From positions 160,786,787 to 160,837,899 of the forward strand of contig NC_068982.1 in assembly GCF_001194135.2 (NCBI RefSeq): a stretch of DNA of 51,113 nt, read 5' to 3'. The notes below the pieces were generated by a model. It was not told where the DNA came from, did no database searches, and was given only the letters and a program-made list of their open reading frames with translations. The translations under genes were made by a program, and so were the position numbers. The stretch comes from Octopus bimaculoides (taxonomy: Eukaryota). Shown piece by piece: positions 1 to 10,753 of this stretch; within the stretch, counting starts at the first letter, position 1; each line of letters opens with the position of its first letter.

Positions 1-39
1 CATACATACATACAGCCTCTGTTGGAATTCTGATCGCTA

Positions 40-345
40 CATCACACTGTGAATGTTATGCATTTTCAATCCCCGAATAAGAGATTGCTATTAAATACCT
101 AATAAACAAGAGATACACTAAAACCCTTGGAGTTCCAATATGCAATCGTAAATGTAGATTATGTAATATTTCTGCGGAAGACATTACAAATGCGATGAGC
201 AGTTGCCCAATAGTGCCATCAACGTACTTTCCCCAATGCGGAACGATTATGTCGCAAAAACAGTATACAATGTCATCTAGAGAAAAGATTGTCCTTGAAT
301 GAATATAGAGAATATCCCCGTTATTGAATACGTACACAAGATAAG
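40..345 (+). mobile_element. Decayed R4/Dong/NeSL-type (RLE-clade) non-LTR retrotransposon fragment, post-RT zinc-knuckle region
   Basis: Manual translation from 51: ECYAFSIPE*EIAIKYLINKRYTKTLGVPICNRKCRLCNISAEDITNAMSSCP, then a frameshift to PMRNDYVAKTVYNVI*RKDCP. This matches the EG..A.QEQ...CRLC...E...H..S.C...RHD.VAK pattern of RLE-clade elements. Stops and a frameshift are present. Confidence 0.65.
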
Positions 346-459
346 ATATATACAGGAACGTTTGATTTATGTATTGCCAATTGTTTCATTGACATAAGTT
401 TTGCTCTGTGTTTAGAATCAAAAGCCTGAACTTATATCAATCCTACTTGAATATAGCAT

Positions 460-1100
460 ACATATGCTACAAATATTTTTCTACGTAAACATGGAAATTC
501 AGGTTCTCTCTCCTCAAGATTTTTGAAATCTTAGAGGCTATCCTTCAAAGTGATGCAGTCGTACCCTATCTTTTCATAATCGCCCCGTACGATACCAAGA
601 GGGAAGCTATTTTTAATGAACAAAATCTTGGCTTTATATTGACACGAATGTGAAGTCAGCAAAATCCAACATCTGCTATAAGTGACACGGATTCTGCTGC
701 TGATAATACTCTTTTATCAAGTATTGCTGATCAAGCTCAAGCACTTCATAAAGTCGACTCCTCTTCCAGGAAAATTGGTTTACACGTAAATGGCAAGGTA
801 TATGTCACTAAACCAAGATTTTGGAGATTTTGACACACCGGATGGCATATTACTAAGTCGAGTTGATGATTTTCTATATTTTGACAGCTGGGTAAGCTCA
901 GCAAAAAAAGAGATTGACATTAGAATTACCAAAGCCTGGTCTGCAATGAACAAAATGGAAAAGACATAGAAGTCAAATCTAGCCAAAAAATCCAAATATC
1001 TTTCTCCAGAACATCAACTGAGCCACTGTTGTTGTGGCGTCAACCTATTACAACTAAAAGTTTATACGGAAACTTGCCCAAAGTAACAACTACAATTGTG
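460..1100 (+). mobile_element. Decayed RTE-clade LINE reverse transcriptase fragment
   Basis: Translation: ILQSDAVVPYLFII (cf. GVLQGD..APYLFII), ISDTDSAADNTLLSSIADQAQALHKVDSSSRKIGLHVNGK (degenerate FADD region), LSRVDDFLYFDSWVSSAKKEIDIRITKAWSAMNKMEKT*KSNL and SLYGNLPKVTTTI. Several stops and frameshifts. Confidence 0.8.
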
Positions 1101-1124
1101 TTTTAGCACACAATTGAAAATGAT

Positions 1125-1160
1125 AGAGTGTGATTTTGATGGAGATTTGGCTGCGCTTTC
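1125..1160 (-). repeat. Fragment of a dispersed repeat (GCAGCCAAATCTC motif)
   Basis: Reverse complement GCAGCCAAATCTCCATCAAAATCACAC resembles GCAGCCAAATCTCTCTTAAAACAC at 12830-12853 (+). There is a weaker match near 26200. Confidence 0.35.
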
Positions 1161-2384
1161 TGGTGGATTGAGAAACTCAAAAGGCTCGTAGTTGTTGTTG
1201 CGGTTTTTCTTCTTTTATCCCAAGTCAGACCTGATCGGCAGAACTATGATCAAAAGCTTTCCGTCATCTCTTCTTTTAGACTGGTGCTTCAATGATCTGA
1301 CATAGCATAAAGTTTCGCTTAAGAATTTGTTCCAGCTACAAACAGAATAATGTCTATTATCTGCAGATAGAATCATATATATTGGAAAAAGGATCAATAT
1401 ATCACAGCAGCTCTCTATACGCCTTACTTATTAATGCCTGTGTACACCCAGGTTTGTAGCTACTGCTAGAAGGCGGTGATTATATGTAGCAAATGATTTT
1501 ATATCCTTCTGAAATTTATGCGTTACTTCTAATTATTTTATAATACACTGTGTATATTTTAAAGACAATTTTATCTTTTTCATCTGCTTCACTTCACTGC
1601 ATGTTTAAATATTAATTTATTATTTTTTGTGAGATTAACCCATTTACTGTGGGAGTATTTTTATTTTTATAAATATTACATATATTGATGCCGATATTCT
1701 AACTGCTATCATGAGCAGCTGTTTTATACGTTTACAGAAAATTATAGTGAAAGATAACTTGTTTTTAGTTGCATTGCATTGTTCTCTTCAATCTACATCC
1801 AAGTTAATTCCATACATCAAAGATAAATATTTGCACTTTTAACACATACATCGACATTATTATAAAAGACATTGAATTAATTTCACTAACATCCATTTGC
1901 CTAACGATAATTTTATAACATTTTTACTGGCACATATTTATATAGCGGCTGTACAGTGTTATGTCACATTAATCTAAAGTAAGGAGCGTTAACAGTTTTT
2001 ACATAACATATAATGTATTTTATATGGAAGTGGGGCTCAATTGAAACAAAGTTTGCCAGTAATAATTGATCGTGCTCAAAAGAGAAATGTGCTATATTTG
2101 CAGTGATACAAAACATGCATGCCTCAATAGAAAACTAATGCGATTAGTGCATCACAGAGCAGCGAATAAGTAAAATCATTAACATATCAAACACAATGCC
2201 GAGTTGTATTTAGGGCTCTTTATGTTTTGAGTTCAAATCCTAGTGAGGATTGTACACCCACTCATGAACATTATTTTGTATATCTACAAAGAAATTCACT
2301 CTTAAAGATTTTGTCATAAACGGTAAAGAATATGTTTGGCTGTGGAGACCTGGAAATGCCGAAATATGTCTCATGTACTTGTCA

Positions 2385-2616
2385 CAATAAGTGGAAATAT
2401 ATTGGTTTCAAATTTCGGCACCAGGCCAGGATTTTGCTGGGATGGGTTTTGTCGAGGACATCAATCAAGTGTTCAACTGGTACTTATTTTATTGACTCTG
2501 ACAGGATAAAAAAAGAAGTTGACCTCGACGGAATTTGAATTCAGAGCGTAAAGACGTGCGAAATGCCGTTAAGCATTTTGTCTGATGCGCTAACAATTCT
2601 GCCAGCTCGCCGCCTT
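2385..2616 (-). mobile_element. tRNA-derived SINE, family 1 (tail type AAATTTGAAACCAAT), unit 1 of tandem trimer
   Basis: Minus strand: AAGGCGGCGAGCTGGCAGAA head, B-box-like GAATTCAAATTCC, core GGTCAACTTC...TCCTGTCAGAGTCAATAAAATAAGTACCAG. Homologous to the copies at 4278 and 4732. Confidence 0.85.
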
Positions 2617-2846
2617 AAAACAAGTAAAAGTATTGGCTTCAAATGTTGGCACAAAGCCAGCAGGTTTGGAGGAGCAGGTTTGGTAGATTCGATCGATCTC
2701 AGTGTTTAATTAGTACTCATTTTATCGACTCTCGAAAGGATGCAAATCAAAGTCAACCCCGGTGGAATTTGAACTTAGAACGTAAAGACGGACGATATGC
2801 CGCTAACTGTTTCTCCCGGCTAACGATTCCGCTAGCTCACTGCCTT
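2617..2846 (-). mobile_element. tRNA-derived SINE, family 1, unit 2 of tandem trimer
   Basis: Same head, B-box (AAGTTCAAATTCC) and core organisation as unit 1, in the same orientation. Confidence 0.85.
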
Positions 2847-2997
2847 GCAATAAGTGAAAGTATTAGTTTCAAATTTTAGCACAAGGCCAGAAATTTCGGA
2901 GGAGGGTATAAGTCGATTACACCGACCCCGGTGCTCAACTAGTACTCATTAATCGACCCCGAAAATAGTGCTAACGATTCTGCCAACTCACCGCCTT
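2847..2997 (-). mobile_element. tRNA-derived SINE, family 1, unit 3 (internally deleted, B-box region missing)
   Basis: Head AAGGCGGTGAGTTGGCAGAATCGTTAGCAC is joined directly to TTTCGGGGTCGATTAATGAGTACTAG. Roughly 75 nt is missing relative to the other copies. Confidence 0.8.
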
Positions 2998-3016
2998 TTT
3001 AAAAGATGGCCAGTCA

Positions 3017-3089
3017 GCTTCCCCAGGGAATCGAACCTTGCACCTCTCAAATTCAGTCTGAGCACTCCGAACCATTAGGCTAGGAGACC
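3017..3089 (-). pseudogene. tRNA-like 73-mer (tRNA pseudogene or tRNA-derived SINE head); identity ambiguous
   Basis: GGTCTCC TA GCCTAATGGTTCGGAGT G CTCAG ACTGAAT TTGAG AGGTG CAAGG TTCGATT CCCTG GGGAAGC. Canonical cloverleaf spacing, A-box TAGCCTAATGG, B-box GGTTCGATTCC, and TTTT about 13 nt downstream. Acceptor, D and T stems have mismatches, and position 33 is C rather than U. Confidence 0.6.
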
Positions 3090-4277
3090 CCTGGCATGAT
3101 AAGCGAAAATATTAACATTACCTTTCATTCATTCAAGGCTGATAACATAAATTGCCGGTCAAGTACGGGATAAATTTAATCAGGAACGCCGTCTCCCAAA
3201 ATTTGTGGACTGGTGCTAATATTAGAAATCAATAAGTTTATTGTGTCACATTCTTCGCATCTTGTGCTACTGTATTGTGAAGGGATCGATTTTCTGAACT
3301 AAGTAAATATGATTTTCTTTTAATGTTTTTTTAGTTCAACAGATCGATATTTAATAAACGTTGAGCAATATCGATAATCACTATCTTCATAATACAGTTC
3401 AAATGTTTTAAACTACAATATACTTCAGCATTCACCTAACAGATAAAAGGCCCATCGATACGCTTGGATTTGAGCTAAAAAAAATTTACCGTGATATATT
3501 TGCATGTATTGGTAGCGCCCACCCACCACTTTTCCTACGACCCCGATTTACCATCAGAACTGACTTACCCTCTCTACAGTCTCTCACTGATAGAAAGGGT
3601 TTATATTCGGTTTGTATCCGGCTCCTAGGGTGAACACATTTTCAAGTTGACTACTGTAGATCACCTGCTTAATTCCAATGCAGGTGTGGAGGCATGCTTT
3701 AACAAAAGCTAGAGGTTACCTTACTTTCAGTGATCATCCAGCACGACGGACACAAATCCACGCGCTAGATAGTCGTTGAACCTAAACTAGGCTTACTCGT
3801 CCATTTTTTCGTTATCAATGAGATCTCCAACCCTCAGCTCTGAGGATGTGAATACTCATTCATTAGTTCACTTGCATACTGATGGCGTCTTATATCGATG
3901 CCATAGTACTTCAGTACTCTCACGGAAAATTCACTCCTTTGAAATAATAATTTCCTAAAATATAATCAAAATAGACACCAGTGCATGACTGGTACCAATT
4001 TAATGTACATTGCACAGGTAAACTGAAAAACCTGTGGTGGGGAGCTGTATTTAGAGTAAAGAGAGACAGGAATGCTTAAATTAAAGCTCTCAACCAGAAT
4101 AATAGAGATAGTGTAAAAACAAAAACGGTGGAAATCATGAACATAAAGAAATTTTCAGAGGATAGTTTTAGATTCCATTGTTGTCTAAATAATTATATTC
4201 GGTATTAAGATTGAATTTGTATTTTATACTCGATACAATAAGTGTAACCAAAGTGTCGTTATTATGAGTCGATAATG

Positions 4278-4493
4278 AGGCAGCGAGCTGGCAGTATCGT
4301 TTGCACGCTGGGCGAAATGCTTAGCGGTATTTCGTCTGCCGTGACGTTCTGAGTTCAAATTCCGCCGAGGTCGACTTTGCCTTTTATCCTTTCGGGGTCG
4401 GTAAATTAAGTACCAGTTACACACTGGGGTCGATGTAATCGACTATTATCCTCCAGTAAAATTTCAGGCCTTGTGTCTATAGTCGAAAAGATG
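4278..4493 (+). mobile_element. Full-length tRNA-derived SINE, family 1 (tail type ...AGTMGAAAAGA), with 14-bp TSD
   Basis: AGGCAGCGAGCTGGCAG head, GAGTTCAAATTCC B-box, core CTTTTATCCTTTCGGGGTCGGTAAATTAAGTACCAG. Direct repeat ATGAGTCGATAATG at 4264-4277 and 4494-4507. Confidence 0.92.
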
Positions 4494-4731
4494 ATGAGTC
4501 GATAATGTTGTCTGTATCCTTCCTTCAAATCGTATTCCCTGTGCCAATAGTAGAACTAATTATTGTCATGCAGGTAGTGACAATACATCATAAAAATTTC
4601 TCGAAGACACCATTTCCATAAAACACAGCAGTTCTTGTTAATATTACATATTTAATGAAATAAGTATTAAAAAGTAACGTTATTTCTCAATCATTTATCT
4701 TATACCATATCGTTTTAAGAATAAATATATT

Positions 4732-4933
4732 CTTTTCTACTCTCGGCACAAGGCCCGAAATTTTGGGGGAGGAGGCCAGTCGATTAGATCGACCTCAGTA
4801 TGCAACTGGTACTTCATTTATCGACCACGAAAGGCAAAGTAAACCTCGGCAATTTGAACTCAGAACATAAAGACAGGCAAAATACCGCTTATTATTTCGC
4901 CCGGTGTGCTAACGTTTCTGCCAGCTCGCCGCC
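4732..4933 (-). mobile_element. Full-length tRNA-derived SINE, family 1, with 18-bp TSD
   Basis: Homologous to 4278-4493 in inverted orientation. Direct repeat TTTAAGAATAAATATATT at 4714-4731 and 4934-4951. Confidence 0.92.
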
Positions 4934-5589
4934 TTTAAGAATAAATATATTGTGTTATCTTTTAAGAGATGCACAGTTCTCCACAAAAGAGAAGACGTTA
5001 ATAGTTAGAATTTCTAGATTCTACATAATTACGAATCAAATAGAGTTACTGACGAAATTTTCAATACATATTCTAAAGTGAAGTGTTTGCAATCGTAAAT
5101 CGAACTCGCTTCACGTCACCGGTTTACCCTGATATTTTTTTACTTTACATGATGTCATTCAAATTACATTTTTTTAAATAAATATATGTATATAAATTTT
5201 TGTTAGACGGTGTGACTAAATTAGTTCTTTATATGTTCAAGTAAATCTTGTGGTTATTGTTTTTATTGTTCTTCCTTCAGAAATAATTATGGTATAGTCA
5301 TTTTAGGAAACTGATGTAGAAAAATGTGCCAAAAAGTATTTGACAGAGTTTAATATAAATGGTGAGAAGCAATTATTAATTTCTCAATAATTCTTAGCTG
5401 ACTATATTCTATATACATAAAATCAGCAAAACTAAAAACTAAAAGCTAAAAATTATTCTATTTCAATACATTCATCTTTTCTTTTTTTTCATTTTTGCAT
5501 TCCATTTTATGTTTTTTTTTCTCTTTTTCTCCTTCGCCATCCATTCTATCGTCATTGCTTCACGAGGTGTTTTTTTCACAAACGTATTT

Positions 5590-5728
5590 TCATACACATA
5601 CATACACATACACACATACATACACACACACACACCACAACACCACACACACCTCACACACCACACACACACACACGCATATATATATGCATATACGTAT
5701 ATATATGTATATTTATGTNNNNNNNNNN

Positions 5729-5760
<32 letters not shown>

Positions 5761-5765
5761 GTTGC

Positions 5766-5800
<35 letters not shown>
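5590..5800. repeat. Compound microsatellite (CA/TA/GATA/TA) with 10-N gap
   Basis: Seen directly in the sequence. Confidence 0.95.
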
Positions 5801-5803
<3 letters not shown>

Positions 5804-6706
5804 GCACACCTCTCGCACTCTCTATTACGCGCGTACATTTTTGTCCCTCTCTCTAAATCTGTTCCCTCGATGTATAATTCTAGAATTATGTCTCGAGCTC
5901 TCTATTTTTCGCTTTCTGCCTCCCTATATAGCTTTCTCTTCGTCTTTCTCTTTTTCTTGCCTGTTAACTTCTAATGCTACGCATACATTTATCTATTTTT
6001 ATACTTATATATTTATATATCGAGTTGATGTTCCAGTGTGGATATTTTCATGTTGTTCTCTTATATTTGTTCTTGTGATTGTTTTTGTTATTCTTCGCCA
6101 CCTTCTTACATCCATCTTTCTCCTTCATCTTCCATTCTATCGTCAGTTTACACTTACAATTATTTCGACAAGAATTCTCTGAAGCCGACACCACGACCAC
6201 GTAGTTAGAGTGGCAAGTGCTCTCTAATGTTAGAAATCAAATTAAATGAAATAAGATTGGAAAGTCATTGAGATTGATTGCTGTATATTAATGCCATTTA
6301 TATTCCCAAAATGATAATCTTCAGCAATACAATTAATATTCGGGCAAAGCAGAGATGGAATCAAGAATTTCAAAACTACATTCCTATGGTAATTGTACTT
6401 TAGAAGTAAACTAAAAGAAAATAAATAACAACAGCTGAAAGTATAAAGAGGCCTGGAAATGGAAGAGAGAGTAAATTGAAAATATAAAAGGAGAAATACG
6501 ATATAAATATTTGGAAAAAATAAAAATAAATGAATAACGATTATATACAAATGTAAAAGAACAGAGCAGAGTGTGAAAGAGAAAAAATATCATGAGTATA
6601 TTATGCGTATTGTGGAGCGTATGCATGTGTATATAAGTGTTTTGAACTGTGTGAAAAAAAGCTGTATATGCTATACGTATATGTGTGTGTTTGTGTATTC
6701 ATACAT

Positions 6707-6747
<41 letters not shown>

Positions 6748-6925
6748 NNNNNNNNNNNNNNNNNNNNNNNNNTATATATATATAGTTACAAACTAAATTG
6801 AGCTAAAGCTATGCACAGCCACACACTAGGTCACTACAACTAATAGGCCCACCATGACCACCTTTGCTACCAAACGAAATAACATGCCAGTTCTATCATT
6901 GTATATCAGAAGCCCGTTGTAGCTA

Positions 6926-7056
6926 GACCACACTCGAATGGTGCTTTTTATTTGCCACCAGCATGGGACCAGTCAAGCAACACTGGCATCAACTACACAC
7001 TAATGGACCATTTTACGTGCCACTGACACGGGTGCCAATCAGGCGGTACTGTCATC
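6926..7056 (+). repeat. Two diverged ~65-bp tandem units (…ATGGTGCTTTT…TGCCACC…GG…CCAGTCA…CTGGCATC)
   Basis: Unit 1 at 6926-6990 and unit 2 at 6991-7056 align without large gaps. Confidence 0.6.
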
Positions 7057-7179
7057 TAAACATTTTAGATTCTTGCTCCACAATGCAAATGAATGTGTTC
7101 GATACTCAACAAGCTCGCCATCCATCTGATTTAAAGTTGGCAAAACGGACCCTTACGTGTTTCATGTGATAAGGAAGTA

Positions 7180-8070
7180 AACCAAAATTACTGAAAGCAT
7201 TTATCTGCCGATGTAAATCATGCAGAAATACACATATCTAAGTCTGCTGTTTCGTGCTGACAGGAAAGAAGTCACGGTTGAGTTTCTATGTACGTCCGGG
7301 AAGAAGCCACACAACTCACTCTGTAACTCGTTCAGTATACCGTTCATATGAAGCCTCAAAATACGATGGTAAATTTGAGGAAAGACTTATCAATAAAAGA
7401 AGTACTAACGAATCTCGGTCAACACAGTCACGTACATATGTTGGGCGATTTCATCTTCCCCGGATTGAATGACTCAAAGGTAACATAATCTCGGAAATTT
7501 CATGTAAAGAACAAAATCAAACAGAATTTCTACTGGTCTCACTTAAATGATGTCCAAGCAACAAATAATACGCTTCCCAACTCGGAACAACATTTTAGAT
7601 CACTGCTTCACCAATAATTTGCAAATTATCTACAACGTGAAGATGTCGCTTACGATTTCCTACCACAGCATAACTGAACTATGTATGAACCAAAACTAAA
7701 TAAAGATGTGTACGCACAGAATGTATCTAAACCCAAGCCAGCCTGAACATCTATGAGGTTGATTAGAAATCGGTTAAGAAAATAGATACTAACATAAAAT
7801 TGGTCCAGTAGTTTCTCTGTGCAAAACATTGACGTGAAATTCATAGATAATATCAATAATTCAAGACATATACATTAAATTCATCCTAGTGAAAAGAGCC
7901 AATATACACCAAAACATTATTCTTCAAAATAGGAGAGTTCATGTGAGACGAAGAATAACGATTTCAAGGCTTTCTGTAACCAACTTAATGAAGAAAATAA
8001 TATATAGTTCAATGCTAAAACAAGTTCGTGTGCTCAGTGGCCGACCTACAAACAGATCCCAGTCAGAATA
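7180..8070 (+). mobile_element. Decayed CR1/L2-group LINE ORF2: apurinic-type endonuclease domain plus linker
   Basis: Frameshifted translation: LSADVNHAEIHIS..LFRADRKE.SHG*VSMYVREE; VYRSYEAS; IKEVLTNLGQHSHVHMLGDFIFP; QQIIRFPTRNNILDHCFTNNLQIIYNVKMSLTISYHSITEL. These are the DR..GGV..YV, GDFN.P and PTR..NILD..FTN..SDH motifs of LINE endonucleases. The downstream boundary is uncertain. Confidence 0.8.
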
Positions 8071-9431
8071 TACAGGACTCACAAGCGGTACATTATCCGG
8101 CAGTCCACATGAGTAATAATGCATCATTTTGGGTGTATATTACTAGAATAGCAACAATGGATAGGCGACTGACCGGTTGGTTGGATTCTGAAATCATTCA
8201 GAACAAGGAAAAAAGAGATCATGATCTCCTTATGGAGAAGAAACTTGGTCAGCTGGAATACGGCTTCCACATACGGTGGCCAGATAGCGTCAAACTAATG
8301 ATAGAGCTCAAGAGTCTAGCACTTAACCTTAGTATTGAAAGCTATACCACTGTATAGATCCCAAACTTTTCATCTAGTGGAGAGTCATTTTCTTTGAGTG
8401 CCTTATTATCTAATCTAACACACTCACAAGTAAAGTTTCCACTCATTTACTTTATTTTTCCTAAAATTTTCCTTGCGTTTTGCAATCTTTTCAATAGTCG
8501 TTGACTTATTTATTCTTTTGTTATTTTTTTACTTATTTACTTACTAATAACGATAACTTGAATGCCTTTTTAGGCGCCGACAAGAACCGTCAAAATATTC
8601 CCTTCTGGAAGGAGATTATAGATATTTTCAAAAGTACTTTTCTTATAGTAATGAAATCGTTCGACAGGCATTGGTCATTTAAGGATTTATGTCAAACTGC
8701 TATCATGAAGGTTTTCTTCTCCCTGTTGACTATGACTAAGAAACTGTTATGTTTTTCGGGGGTTGAAATTTTGAGGAGAACTTTTCATCTTAGACAAGTT
8801 AACCTCAACTTTAATACGATCTAAGGAGAAATGTGGAGGAAGAGAGCTTTTGCCATCTATTACCATTTATGAAAGGAAGTGAAAGTGATGAAATCGACGT
8901 TTCTAAATTACGCACACTAAATATGTGACTGGAGGTTAGGGCTAGACGAATGAAGAACATGAAAACATTTTCCTCTTTTCGTTAGTATAATTTTAGATGT
9001 GTGTGTGGTGGGGTCTGAATCACATTATGGGGCTGATCCCTCATTTTGAGCAATTTTGTGCTCATTTTCTTCTATAATATTGGTGATATTCATTAACTTC
9101 TGAATGGGTTTTATTGTTATAAACTTTCACTCTCTTTCTTGATGTGAATCTCCCACTAGGTTTTGTTAGTACATCTACTATTTTTGGTTTATTGTTTTTC
9201 TAGGCATCTCGCCTCTTTAATATCATGAGAACATAGGGCAACTAAAATGTATATTTATTGTCTTCATTTTATTACATGCTCTCAACTGTCTCACTGTTTG
9301 AAGCTCTGTGTAACTTGTGTATATGTAGTATTTTATGTTTTCTTTTTTTTGCGTAATATTAAGTTTACTCTATACAACATGTGTACAGTGTCTTGCAGGG
9401 CCGGTTTCTGTGTATTGTATATATATATGTG

Positions 9432-9476
<45 letters not shown>

Positions 9477-9598
9477 TAAGTTTGTGCGCGTGCGTGTATG
9501 TGTGACAGAGAGAGAGAGAGCTTTGATTATATACGTGCCTCTATGATTCTAAAGCAATTATTATGGAAATGTTTGTCTTAAAGTCTAATAGCATAAAT

Positions 9599-9753
9599 AT
9601 GGCTGCGTGGTTAGCAGTTAAAGCATATGTTTTGAGTTCAGTCCCACAGCATAGCATTTTGGACAGGTCTCTTCGACTATAATCCTGGGCCAACCGAAAC
9701 CTAGTGACTGGATTTGATAGACGGAAACCGAAAGAAGCCTATTGTATGTACAC

Positions 9754-9841
<88 letters not shown>

Positions 9842-10030
9842 CTCACCACCACTTGACAACCGGAGTTGGTTTGCTTAAATCCCCGTGATTTAGCGGTTCG
9901 ACGAAAGAGCTCCTTAGAATAAGTGCCAGAGTTACAAAAAATAGGTATTTGTTCGATTAACACTTCAAGACGGTGCCTCAGCATGACTATAGTCTAATTA
10001 CTTAAACAAGTAAACGATAAAATATAAAAA
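9599..10030 (+). mobile_element. tRNA-derived SINE, family 2, with internal (GT)n expansion and CR1-like 3' tail
   Basis: GGCTGCGTGGTT A-box-like head, GAGTTCAGTCCC B-box-like motif, segment TGGATTTGATAGACGGAAACCGAAAGAAGCC (also at 42805-42972 on the minus strand), (GT)n at 9757-9840 and tail GGTGCCTCAGCATGACTATAG...AAAC. Confidence 0.8.
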
Positions 10031-10711
10031 TAGTCTGTATCTCAAAATTAATTGTCGACTGTAATAATTGATACCTTGATTAGGAAATATTACAACCCTC
10101 GGTGATCTTTTACCATAATACATAATGGATTTACTTTAATCTGTATCTGTGAGAGTCAGCATATCTCATACTATTTTTATACTATATATTTTCACCGACT
10201 CTTTGCATTTTCACGTATATAATTATGATCCGTAACGATGGCATAGTTTCCAGTGTACAAAACTTACATCATCTCTGTTCTTCACAATATCCGCTTATTC
10301 TGCAGTTTTGTAGTGCTGAATTATGGTACTTTCTTGTGGAATCCATTAGTCGTGCACTATTAACAAACCTTAACCTCAGGTGTGTTTCCTGAATTTCACA
10401 GCCAGCACAGAATATTTTCTTTATACATTTCGAAAATATCGAGGTTTGTAAGATAGTTGCCATGTAGGATTGTTTGTTTGCCAAAGTCTTAGCATAATAT
10501 TATGTAGCCTTGTTTCTTTTATTCTATTTTCAATTTTCTAACTCCAACCTCCCACGATTTGTTTGTCGATTTGAATTTTGCATCATATATGTGGGTTTCC
10601 TTGAAGACTGTATTTATATTTTGTAGCTATTGTTTTTAGTTTCTTAATAATAATTTTGTAATCTTTCAGTATATATTTTATAACAATTTTCAATTTTTTA
10701 AAGAAAATATG

Positions 10712-10752
<41 letters not shown>
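10712..10752 (+). repeat. (AAT)n microsatellite; putative Dong target site
   Basis: Perfect (AAT)n abutting the 5' end of the R4/Dong-like element. AATAATAAT resumes at ~11935. Confidence 0.95.

Positions 10753-10753
<1 letters not shown>

Noticed and set aside
2385-2997. Regularly spaced repeats superficially like a CRISPR array
   Set aside because: The units are ~231-bp SINE copies in eukaryotic DNA, with no short repeats with unique spacers and no cas genes.
6170-6222. CTCTGAAG…ACGTAGTT-AGAG hammerhead-like arrangement
   Set aside because: Stem I could pair, but the GAAA box and stem II are absent.
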